Source: Alkalilimnicola ehrlichii MLHE-1
Lineage (GTDB): Bacteria > Pseudomonadota > Gammaproteobacteria > Nitrococcales > Halorhodospiraceae
Length of the DNA: 32,000 nt
Reading direction: 5' to 3'
Assembly (NCBI RefSeq): GCF_000014785.1
Contig: NC_008340.1
Span: forward strand, 2,940,001 to 2,972,000
Shown: piece by piece, positions 9,762 to 17,763 of the stretch
Layout of the letters: each line of letters opens with the position of its first letter
How positions within the stretch are numbered: position 1 is the stretch's first letter
Notes under the pieces: generated by a model
What the model saw: only the letters and a program-made list of their open reading frames with translations
Told to the model about the DNA's origin: nothing
Databases searched by the model: none
Position numbers and translations under genes: made by a program

Positions 9762-12380
9762 TCAGGCGCGGCGGCCCTGCTGCTCCTCGGCCTCCGCCTC
9801 CAGGAAGTCCTGAGCGAAGCGCTGGAGCACACCGCCGGCCTCGTAGATGGAGACCTCCTCGGCGGTATCCAGCCGGCAGATCACCGGGACTTCCTCGCGG
9901 CCGCCGTCCCGGCGATTGACGATCAGGGTGACGGTGGCGCCGGGGGCCAGATCGCCCTCCACGTCATAGGTCTCGGTGCCGTCCAGGCCCAGGGTCTTGC
10001 GCGTGGTACCTTCCTGGAACTGCAGTGGCAGCACGCCCATACCCACCAGGTTGGTGCGGTGGATGCGCTCGAAGCCCTCGGCCACGATGGCCTCCACCCC
10101 GGCCAGGCGTACGCCCTTGGCGGCCCAGTCCCGGGAGGAGCCCTGACCGTAGTCGGCGCCGGCAACGATGATCAACGGCTGCTTGCGCTCCATGTAGGTC
10201 TCGATCACGTCCCACATGCGCATCACCTTGCCCTCCGGCTCCAGCCGGGCCAGGGAGCCCTGCTTCACCTCGCCGTTCTCGTCCCGCACCATCTCGTTGA
10301 ACAGCTTGGGGTTGGCCAGGGTGGCCCGCTGGGCGGTCAGGTGGTCGCCCCGGTGGGTGGCGTAGGAGTTGAAGTCCTCCTCCGGCAGGCCCATCTTGGC
10401 CAGGTACTCCCCGGCGGCGCTGTCCGGCATGATGGCGTTGGAGGGGGAGAGGTGGTCGGTGGTGATGTTGTCCGGCAGGATCGCCAGCGGCCGCATGCCC
10501 TTGAGGGTGCGCTCGGCGGCCAGGGCGCCCTCCCAGTAGGGGGGCCGGCGGATGTAGGTGCTCTGGGGCCGCCAGTCGTAGAGCGGGCTCACCTGCTCGG
10601 CCTTCTCCACCTTCTTCTCGAACATGGGGATGTAGACCTTGCGGAAGTGGTCCGGCTTCACGTGCTCGGCCACGATGCGGTCGATCTCCTCATCGGAGGG
10701 CCAGAGGTCCTTCAGGGTGACCGGGTTGCCATCCTTGTCGGTGCCCAGGGCGTCCTTCTCGATGTCGAAGCGGACGGTGCCGGCGATGGCGTAGGCCACC
10801 ACCAGGGCCGGCGAGGCCAGGAAGGCCTGCTTGGCGTAGGGGTGGATGCGGCCGTCGAAGTTGCGGTTGCCGGAGAGCACGGCGGTGGAGTAGAGGTCCC
10901 GGTCGATGATCTCCTGCTGGATCTTCGGGTCCAGGGCGCCGCTCATGCCGTTGCAGGTGGTGCAGGCGAAGGCCACGATGCCGAAGCCGAGTTTTTCCAA
11001 CTCGGGCAGCAGGCCGGCGTCCTCCAGGTAGTACTGCACCGCCTTGGAGCCGGGGGCCAGGGAGGTCTTCACCCAGGGCTTGCGGGTCATGCCCAGTTCG
11101 TTGGCCTTCTGGGCCAGCAGGCCGGCGGCGATGACATTGCGCGGGTTGCTGGTGTTGGTGCAGCTGGTGATGGCGGCAATGATTACCGCTCCATCGGGCA
11201 TCAGGCCGTCGTCCCGCTGCTCCACCTCACCGGCGATGCCAGCCTTGGCAAGATCAGTGGTGGCCACCCGCTTGTGGGGGTTGGAGGGGCCGGCCATGTT
11301 ACGCACCACGGTGGACAGGTCGAAGGTCAGCACCCGCTCGTACTCGGCGCCCTTCAGGTCATCGCCCCAGAGGCCGGCGGTCCTGGCGTACTTCTCCACC
11401 AGGTCCACCTGCTCCGGCTCGCGGCCGGTGAGGGTCAGGTAGTCCAGGGTCTGCTGGTCGATGTGGAACATGGCGGCGGTGGCGCCGAATTCCGGGGTCA
11501 TGTTGGAGATGGTGGCGCGGTCGCCCACGCTCAGGGCCTCGGCCCCCTCGCCGTAGAACTCCAGGTAGGCGGAGACCACCCGCTCTTTGCGCAGGAACTC
11601 GGTGAGGGCCAGTACGATGTCGGTGCAGGTGATGCCCGGTGCCGGCTTGCCGGTGAGCTCCACGCCGATGATGTCGGGCAGGCGCATGTAGCTGGGCCGG
11701 CCCAGCATGACGCTCTCCGCCTCCAGGCCGCCGACGCCGATGGCGATCACACCCAGGGCGTCCACGTGGGGGGTGTGGCTGTCGGTCCCCACCAGGGTGT
11801 CGGGGAAGGCCACCCCGTCCACGCTGTGCACCACGGGGGACATCCGCTCCAGGTTGATCTGGTGCATGATGCCGTTGCCCGGGGGGATGACGTCCACGTT
11901 CTCGAACGCCTTCTTGGTCCAGTTGATGAAGTGGAAGCGGTCCTCGTTGCGGCGCTCCTCGATGGCGCGGTTCTTCTCGAAGGCGTCCTTCTCGAAGCCG
12001 GCGTGCTCCACCGCCAGGGAGTGGTCGACAATGAGCTGGGTGGGCACCACCGGGTTGACCTTGGCCGGGTCACCGCCCCGTTCGGCGATGGCGTCGCGCA
12101 GGCCGGCCAGGTCGACGAAGGCGGTCTGGCCGAGGATGTCGTGGCAGACCACCCGCGCCGGGTACCAGGGGAAGTCCAGGTCGCGCTTGCGCTCGATGAT
12201 CTGCTTCAGCGAATCGGTGAGCCGTTCGGGCTCGCAGCGGCGGACCAGGTTTTCGGCCAGCACGCGGGAGGTGAAGGGCAGTTTGTCGTAGGCGCCCGGC
12301 TGGATGTCCTCGACGGCGGCGCGCACGTCGAAATAATCGAGATCGGTGCCGGGCAGGTTTTTACGGTATTTCGTGTTCAT
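9762..12380 (-). CDS. acnD: Fe/S-dependent 2-methylcitrate dehydratase (aconitase family)
   Basis: I place the start at ATG 12380 (MNTKYRKNLPGTDLDYFDVRAAVEDIQPGAYDKLPFTSRVLAENLVRRC...), the typical AcnD N-terminus, giving 872 aa. It has aconitase Fe-S ligand regions (ITSCTNTSNP, ACTTCNGMSG) and is followed by prpF. Confidence 0.9.
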   Translation of the reverse strand: MNTKYRKNLPGTDLDYFDVRAAVEDIQPGAYDKLPFTSRVLAENLVRRCEPERLTDSLKQIIERKRDLDFPWYPARVVCHDILGQTAFVDLAGLRDAIAERGGDPAKVNPVVPTQLIVDHSLAVEHAGFEKDAFEKNRAIEERRNEDRFHFINWTKKAFENVDVIPPGNGIMHQINLERMSPVVHSVDGVAFPDTLVGTDSHTPHVDALGVIAIGVGGLEAESVMLGRPSYMRLPDIIGVELTGKPAPGITCTDIVLALTEFLRKERVVSAYLEFYGEGAEALSVGDRATISNMTPEFGATAAMFHIDQQTLDYLTLTGREPEQVDLVEKYARTAGLWGDDLKGAEYERVLTFDLSTVVRNMAGPSNPHKRVATTDLAKAGIAGEVEQRDDGLMPDGAVIIAAITSCTNTSNPRNVIAAGLLAQKANELGMTRKPWVKTSLAPGSKAVQYYLEDAGLLPELEKLGFGIVAFACTTCNGMSGALDPKIQQEIIDRDLYSTAVLSGNRNFDGRIHPYAKQAFLASPALVVAYAIAGTVRFDIEKDALGTDKDGNPVTLKDLWPSDEEIDRIVAEHVKPDHFRKVYIPMFEKKVEKAEQVSPLYDWRPQSTYIRRPPYWEGALAAERTLKGMRPLAILPDNITTDHLSPSNAIMPDSAAGEYLAKMGLPEEDFNSYATHRGDHLTAQRATLANPKLFNEMVRDENGEVKQGSLARLEPEGKVMRMWDVIETYMERKQPLIIVAGADYGQGSSRDWAAKGVRLAGVEAIVAEGFERIHRTNLVGMGVLPLQFQEGTTRKTLGLDGTETYDVEGDLAPGATVTLIVNRRDGGREEVPVICRLDTAEEVSIYEAGGVLQRFAQDFLEAEAEEQQGRRA

Positions 12381-12542
12381 GGCGTCTGCTTTCCGTCGAG
12401 TCGGTGTTTCAGGGTCGGGTGACGGGGTGACTCTTCGGCCTTGCACACGGTTGCGTGTCGGCCGGTCGCCCTCGTTGCCATCCCGTCGTTCCGGGAGGCT
12501 TTTGGTCTCTGTCTGTACCCACACCAGGCGTTAGGAGTCGGG

Positions 12543-12654
12543 GCTGTGGGTTCGACGGATTCGCTGGAAGACACGCCGTGAATACATCCCTGTAGGCTCG
12601 AAGGCGACATCCCTGTCGCCTACGGTCTTCCACCGAATCCGTCGAACCCACAGC
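12543..12654. repeat. Composite palindromic element B: 29-bp terminal inverted repeats enclosing the 27-nt core and an inner hairpin
   Basis: The arms are 12543..12571 and 12626..12654, complementary at 28 of 29 positions. The 54-nt interior contains the core at 12574..12600 and an inner 8-bp hairpin AGGCGACA-TCCC-TGTCGCCT (12602..12621). It lies in the prpC-acnD gap. Confidence 0.85.
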
Positions 12655-12666
12655 TCGGCCAGCCGG

Positions 12667-12720
12667 GGTGCCCCCTCCAGTCTCAGCGAGGCCCGAAACG
12701 GGCACTTCCTGAGGGGCACC
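12667..12720 (-). other. Extended imperfect stem-loop directly downstream of the prpC stop codon
   Basis: GGTGCCCC(C)TC (12667..12677) pairs with GAGGGGCACC (12711..12720), leaving one bulged C. There is an inner GCCC-GAAAC-GGGC hairpin (12691..12703). No U-tract follows. Confidence 0.5.
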
Positions 12721-12735
12721 ACCAGTAGGCCTCCT

Positions 12736-13860
12736 TCAGCCCCGTTGATCGATGGGGGTGAAGGGCCGCTCCTCGGGGCCGGTGTAGTCCGCGCTCGGGC
12801 GGATGATGCGGTTGTTGGCCCGCTGCTCGAAAACGTGGGCACACCAGCCGGTGACCCGCGACATCACGAAGATGGGGGTGAACAGCTTGGTGGGGATGCC
12901 CATGAAGTGGTAGGCGGAGGCGTGGTAGAAATCGGCGTTGGGGAAGAGCTTCTTCTCGTCCCACATCACCTGCTCCACCCGCTCGGAGACCGGGTAGAGC
13001 ACGGTGTCGCCCACCTCGTCGGCCAGCTTCTTGGACCAGGCCTTGATGATCTCGTTGCGAGGGTCGGAGACGCGGTAGATGGCGTGGCCGAAGCCCATCA
13101 CCTTCTCCTTGCGCTCGAGCATGCCCTTGAGCTCGCGCTCGGCCTCGTCCGGGCTGTTCCACTGCTCGATCATGGCCATGGCCGCCTCGTTGGCGCCGCC
13201 ATGCAGCGGGCCGCGCAGGGAGCCGATGGCGCCGGTGACGCAGGAGTGGATGTCGGACAGGGTGGAGGCGCAGACCCGGGCGGTGAAGGTGGAGGCGTTG
13301 AACTCGTGCTCCGCATAGAGGATCAGCGAGGCGTGCATCACCTTCTCGTGCAGGCTGTTGGGCTTCTCGTCCCGCAGCAGGTGCAGGAAATGCGCACCGA
13401 TGGAGTCATCGTCGGTGGCCGTGTCGATGCGCACGCCGTCGTGGCTGTAGCGGTACCAGTAGGTGATGATCCCGGGCAGCACGGCCAGCAGGCGGTCGGT
13501 GGCCTCCTGCTGCTCATCGAAGCTCTGCTCGGTCTCCAGGTTACCCAGCATGGAGGCGCCGGTGCGCATTACGTCCATGGGGTGGGCGTCGGCCGGGATC
13601 TGCTCGAGCACGGCCTTCAGCGCATCGGGCAGATCGCGCATGCCCTTCAGTTTCTCGGTGTAAGCCGCAAGCTCCGCCTTGGTGGGCAGATCACCCTTCA
13701 ACAGCAGGTAGGCCACCTCTTCGAAGGTGGCGCCTTCGGCCAGTTCGCGGACATCGTAGCCGCGGTAGGTCAGGCCGGAGCCCTTGCCCACGGTACACAG
13801 CGCGGTCTGGCCAGCGGACTGGCCGCGCAGGCCGGCACCGCCCAGTTTCTTATCGCTCAT
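12736..13860 (-). CDS. prpC: 2-methylcitrate synthase
   Basis: Citrate synthase family (GLRGQSAGQTALCTV, YAEHEFNASTF, GPLHGGANEAAM, MGFGHAIYRVSDPRN). I place the start at ATG 13860 (MSDKKLGG...) with GAGGGAGAG 5 nt upstream. The track start at 13887 is a TTG. Confidence 0.9.
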   Translation of the reverse strand: MSDKKLGGAGLRGQSAGQTALCTVGKGSGLTYRGYDVRELAEGATFEEVAYLLLKGDLPTKAELAAYTEKLKGMRDLPDALKAVLEQIPADAHPMDVMRTGASMLGNLETEQSFDEQQEATDRLLAVLPGIITYWYRYSHDGVRIDTATDDDSIGAHFLHLLRDEKPNSLHEKVMHASLILYAEHEFNASTFTARVCASTLSDIHSCVTGAIGSLRGPLHGGANEAAMAMIEQWNSPDEAERELKGMLERKEKVMGFGHAIYRVSDPRNEIIKAWSKKLADEVGDTVLYPVSERVEQVMWDEKKLFPNADFYHASAYHFMGIPTKLFTPIFVMSRVTGWCAHVFEQRANNRIIRPSADYTGPEERPFTPIDQRG

Positions 13861-13916
13861 AGGTCTCTCCCTCGTGCGGTTTGACAATTGTGAAAGCGGG
13901 TAAAGCAGCCCCGGAG

Positions 13917-14040
13917 CCGGCCTTCGGGCGGCCGGGATTCCCGTCGCGGGGCGTCGCCGGCCATGGACGGCCGGCGACGAGCTTACAGGGACGTACTCGC
14001 AGCGTCCCCGCGACGGGAATCCCGGCCGTCCGAAGGCCGG
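13917..14040. repeat. Composite palindromic element C: 35-bp terminal inverted repeats enclosing an inner hairpin and a reverse-oriented, diverged core
   Basis: The arms are 13917..13951 and 14006..14040, complementary at 34 of 35 positions. The interior is again exactly 54 nt. It holds an inner 11-bp hairpin CGTCGCCGGCC-ATGGAC-GGCCGGCGACG (13952..13979) and the core in reverse orientation at 13978..14004 (22 of 27). It lies in the prpB-prpC gap. Confidence 0.85.
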
Positions 14041-14066
14041 CGCCCCGCCGCAAGCCCCAGCGCGCC

Positions 14067-14948
14067 TTATTTGTCCTGCTCGAACAGCGCGTCCAACTTC
14101 TGCTCGAAGTCGTGGTAGTTCAGGAAGTCGTAGAGCTCATCGCGGGTCTGCATCAGCTCCACCACATCCCGCTGGTGGCCCTTCTCGTGAATATCCTGAT
14201 AGACCTTCAGGGCCGCGGCATTCATCGCGCGGAAGGCCGACAGCGGATAGAGCACCATCCGGCAGCCCACCTCGGCCAGCTCCTGCTGACTGAACAACGG
14301 GGTGGCCCCGAACTCGGTGATGTTCGCCAGGATCGGTGCATCCACCCGCTCGCAGAAGGCGCGATAGTCGTCCAGGGTGTGCACCGCCTCGGCGAAGATG
14401 GCGTCGGCACCGGCCTCGATACAGGCCGCGGCCCGCTCGATAGCGGCGTCCAGCCCCTCCATCTGAAAGGCATCGGTACGGGCGATCAGGTAAAAGTCGG
14501 GGTCGATACGGGCGTCGGCGGCCGCCTTGATCCGGTCCACCATCTCCTGCTGGGAGACGATGGCCTTGTTTGGCCGGTGCCCGCAGCGCTTCTGCGCCAC
14601 CTGATCCTCCAGGTGCACAGCAGCCACCCCGGCCCGCTGCATCTCCTTGACCGTGCGCTCGATATTGAAGGCCCCACCCCAACCGGTGTCGATATCGACC
14701 AGCAGCGGCAGGTCCGTGGCCCCGCAGATACGGTGGGCGTCCTCCACCACATCGTTCATGGTGGTGATCCCCAGATCCGGCAGGCCGTAGGAGGCATTGG
14801 CCACCCCGCCACCGGAGAGGTAGATCGCCTGGTGCCCCACCCGCTCCGCCATCATAGCGGTATAGGCGTTGATGGTGCCGACGATCGGCAACGGCCGGTT
14901 GGCCTCCAGGGCGGCGCGGAAGCGCGCGCCGGGGGTTGTCATGCTCAT
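14067..14948 (-). CDS. prpB: 2-methylisocitrate lyase
   Basis: ICL/PEP-mutase family ([40 protein letters not shown]). I place the start at ATG 14948 ([14 protein letters not shown]...) with AGGAGG 7 nt upstream. Confidence 0.9.
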   Translation of the reverse strand: MSMTTPGARFRAALEANRPLPIVGTINAYTAMMAERVGHQAIYLSGGGVANASYGLPDLGITTMNDVVEDAHRICGATDLPLLVDIDTGWGGAFNIERTVKEMQRAGVAAVHLEDQVAQKRCGHRPNKAIVSQQEMVDRIKAAADARIDPDFYLIARTDAFQMEGLDAAIERAAACIEAGADAIFAEAVHTLDDYRAFCERVDAPILANITEFGATPLFSQQELAEVGCRMVLYPLSAFRAMNAAALKVYQDIHEKGHQRDVVELMQTRDELYDFLNYHDFEQKLDALFEQDK

Positions 14949-15010
14949 GGTATTTCCTCCTGGCACGTCAGTGCACTGGGCCGGGACCGCGGACCGGCCC
15001 CGTTCGTTTG

Positions 15011-15997
15011 TTACAGTTCCACCAGGATCCGGCCACGGACCCGGCGCTCAAGCAGGTCGTCAAACCCGCCAGCCAGCCGGTCCAGGGGCAGGACCCGGTC
15101 CACCACTTCATCCAGGCGCGACGGGCGCAGATCGTCGCCCAACCGGGCCCACACCTGCCGCCGGAGTGCCTGCGGACAGTTGGCGGAGCTGATGCCGAGC
15201 AGGCTCACGCCGCGCAGGATGTGCGGCATCACCGTGGTGTGGAGCTCCGCACCGCCCGCCAGCCCGATGGCCGCCACGTTGCCGTACAGGCCCACGTGGC
15301 GACAGACGCCGGCCAACAGCTCGCCGCCCACCGCGTCGATGGCGCCGGCCCAGCGGGCCTTTTCCAGCGGCCGGCTGCCCAAGGCCAACGTCTCCGGGGT
15401 GCTGACCTCACTGGCCCCCAGCCCCTGCAACCACTCGGCCGCCTCGGGCTTTCCGCTCACGGCATGCACGGTGTAACCGGCGCGATTCAAGCACTGGACG
15501 GCGAAATTGCCCACCCCGCCGCTGGCGCCGGTGACCACTACCGGGCCCTGCTCCGGCGTCTGGCCCAGCGTCTCCATGCGGGTCAGGGCCAGGGCGGCAG
15601 TGAAGCCGGCGGTGCCCAGAATCATCGCCTCGCGGGTGCTCAGCCCCTCCGGCAGGGCCACCACCCAGTGCCCGGGCACGCAGACGTATTCGGCGAAGCC
15701 GCCGTCGTGGTTCTCGCCCAGGCCGCAGCCATTGACCAGCACCCGCTGGCCCGGCTGCCAATCGGGATGCCGGCTCTCTTCCACGGTACCGGCCACGTCG
15801 ATGCCGGCGGTGAGCGGGAGACGACGGAGGATCTTGCCGCGGCCGGTGGCACCCAGGGCATCCTTGTAGTTGATGCCCGACCACTCGGCGCGGATCACCA
15901 CCTCTCCCTCCTCAGGCGCGGGCAGTGGCAGCGATTCAATGCCGCCTTCAATGCGCCCGTCATTCTCGTGAACACGCCAGGCTCGGAATGTGGACAT
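15011..15997 (-). CDS. acuI: YhdH/AcuI-family NADPH-dependent oxidoreductase (acrylyl-CoA reductase-like, MDR superfamily)
   Basis: 328-aa ORF, collinear by eye with E. coli YhdH: [87 protein letters not shown] before ATG 15997. Only 62 nt separate it from prpB. Confidence 0.8.
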   Translation of the reverse strand: MSTFRAWRVHENDGRIEGGIESLPLPAPEEGEVVIRAEWSGINYKDALGATGRGKILRRLPLTAGIDVAGTVEESRHPDWQPGQRVLVNGCGLGENHDGGFAEYVCVPGHWVVALPEGLSTREAMILGTAGFTAALALTRMETLGQTPEQGPVVVTGASGGVGNFAVQCLNRAGYTVHAVSGKPEAAEWLQGLGASEVSTPETLALGSRPLEKARWAGAIDAVGGELLAGVCRHVGLYGNVAAIGLAGGAELHTTVMPHILRGVSLLGISSANCPQALRRQVWARLGDDLRPSRLDEVVDRVLPLDRLAGGFDDLLERRVRGRILVEL

Positions 15998-16117
15998 GGG
16001 ACACCTCCCGCTGAATGGGCTACAAGTCTACCCTGCGCGAATGCCGTTTCCCAAATCGCTGTTAAATCATGAGGATAGAGACTGAATTCAGGGGAATAAC
16101 AGGACCGCGAGCAGCCT

Positions 16118-16159
16118 TGGCAACAACGGCATTGATGGGCTTAATACTGGCACAACGGC
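16118..16159. promoter_or_regulatory. Direct repeat TGGCA(A)CAACGGC x2 in the AT-richer region upstream of acuI-prp; candidate regulator binding sites
   Basis: TGGCAACAACGGC lies at 16118..16130 and TGGCACAACGGC at 16148..16159, about 30 nt centre to centre. They sit in the 297-nt gap between the lpd terminator and the acuI start. I could not identify a convincing -35/-10 pair. Confidence 0.25.
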
Positions 16160-16200
16160 TGGATTGGAAATCCTTTCTTTTCACCCTTTCCAGCGCACAG

Positions 16201-16237
16201 AAAAAAGCCCCGGTGCCGTAACCCGGCCCGGGGCTTT
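16201..16237 (-). terminator. Rho-independent terminator downstream of lpd
   Basis: On the minus strand: AGCCCCGG, a 14-nt loop, CCGGGGCT, then TTTTT (plus-strand A6 at 16201..16206). The stems are 16228..16235 and 16206..16213. Confidence 0.7.
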
Positions 16238-16257
16238 CAACACCACCGGGGCAACCC

Positions 16258-16279
16258 CTGCGGTGACCGATCACCGCAG
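16258..16279 (-). other. Perfect 9-bp stem-loop 15 nt after the lpd stop codon
   Basis: CTGCGGTGA-CCGA-TCACCGCAG. No U-tract follows. It precedes the terminator at 16201..16237. Confidence 0.6.
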
Positions 16280-16294
16280 GCGCCCGCCCGCGGC

Positions 16295-17719
16295 TCAGTT
16301 GGCCTTGTGAATGGCCTGTTTCGACACCGCCAGCGCCGCTTCGTGCACCGACTCCGACAGCGTCGGGTGGGCATGGCAGATGCGCGCCAGGTCCTCAGCA
16401 GAGCCGGCAAACTCCATGGCCACCACCGCCTCGGCGATCAGCTCCGAGGTGGCCGCCCCGACCATGTGCACCCCGAGGATGCGATCGGTCTCGGCATGGG
16501 AGATGATCTTGACCATGCCGGTGGACTCCTCCATGGCACGGGCACGGCCGTTGGCGGCGAAGTTGAAGGTGCCCGACTTGTAGGGCACCCCCTCGCTCTT
16601 GAGCTGGGCCTCGGTCTTGCCCACCCAGGCGATCTCCGGATGGGTGTAGATGACCCAGGGGATGGTGTCGTAGTTGAGATGCCCGGGGTGGCCGGCGATC
16701 AACTCGGCCACCATCACCCCCTCTTCGGAGCCCTTGTGGGCCAACATCGGGCCACGCACCACGTCACCCACGGCATAGACGTTGGGCAGATTGGTCCGGC
16801 ACTCGTCGTCCACGTGCACAAAGCCGCGCTCGTCCAGCAGCAGGTCGACGTCGTCGGCCGCCAACCCGTCGGTGTTGGGCCGGCGGCCCACCGAGACAAT
16901 CAGCTTGTCCACCTGCAGGGTGTGCTTGCCGTCCTTGTCCTCGTAGTGGACAGAGACCTGCTTGCCCACCTTGGTGTCGGTGACGCGGCAACCCAGGCGG
17001 ATGTCCAGGCCCTGGTCGGTGAAGGCCTTGTGGGCCATGCGCGCAACCTGGCGATCCACCGGCGCCAGGAACTCGTCCTGCGCCTCCAGCAGCACCACCT
17101 TGGAGCCCAGACGGTTCCAGACCGAGCCCATCTCCAGGCCGATGACGCCGGCGCCGATCACGCCCAGGCGTTTGGGCACGGCCTCCATGTCCAGCGCTCC
17201 GTTGGAGGTGAGGATGTCCTTTTCGTCCGCCGGGGCGGCGCCGATGTCGATAGGCTTGGAGCCGGTGGCCAGGATGATGTACTCGCCCTTCAGCTCCTCG
17301 GCCTTGCCCTCGTGGGGGGTGAACTCCACGGTGCTGTTGGAGATCAACTTGCCGTGGCCGGTCTTGAAGTCGATCTTGTTGGCCTTGAGCAGCTGATGGA
17401 TACCGCCGGTCAGGTCCTTCACCACCTTGTCCTTGCGGGCGATCATCTTCTTGACGTCGATGCTGACGTCCTTGGCGGTGATGCCATGGACCGACAATCC
17501 ACCGTCCTTCGCCTTATGATAGTGCTCGGAGGAATCGAGCAGGGCCTTGGACGGGATACAACCCACGTTCAGGCAGGTCCCCCCCGGCTGCGGCTTGCCG
17601 TCCTTGTAGCGGAATTCGTCGATCACAGCGGTGGTCATCCCGAGCTGAGCGCAGCGGATGGCCGCCACGTAGCCGGCGGGACCGGCACCGATGACGATCA
17701 CGTCGTAACTATTCGCCAT
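16295..17719 (-). CDS. lpdA: Dihydrolipoyl dehydrogenase (E3)
   Basis: 474 aa. FAD-binding GAGPAGY, the redox-active disulfide GGTCLNVGCIPSK, and the C-terminal HAHPTLSE motif. It follows sucB. Confidence 0.95.
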   Translation of the reverse strand: MANSYDVIVIGAGPAGYVAAIRCAQLGMTTAVIDEFRYKDGKPQPGGTCLNVGCIPSKALLDSSEHYHKAKDGGLSVHGITAKDVSIDVKKMIARKDKVVKDLTGGIHQLLKANKIDFKTGHGKLISNSTVEFTPHEGKAEELKGEYIILATGSKPIDIGAAPADEKDILTSNGALDMEAVPKRLGVIGAGVIGLEMGSVWNRLGSKVVLLEAQDEFLAPVDRQVARMAHKAFTDQGLDIRLGCRVTDTKVGKQVSVHYEDKDGKHTLQVDKLIVSVGRRPNTDGLAADDVDLLLDERGFVHVDDECRTNLPNVYAVGDVVRGPMLAHKGSEEGVMVAELIAGHPGHLNYDTIPWVIYTHPEIAWVGKTEAQLKSEGVPYKSGTFNFAANGRARAMEESTGMVKIISHAETDRILGVHMVGAATSELIAEAVVAMEFAGSAEDLARICHAHPTLSESVHEAALAVSKQAIHKAN

Positions 17720-17763
17720 GTTGTCCTCTCCATTGATGGCTAAAGGCGTTCAAACCGCAGGGC

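Noticed and set aside
16148-16162. TGGCAC-N5-CTGG resembling a sigma54 -24/-12 promoter (also TGGCAA at 16118).
   Set aside because: It lies on the plus strand, pointing into the 3' end of lpd rather than towards acuI-prp. It also lacks the conserved GC of the -12 element at the correct spacing.
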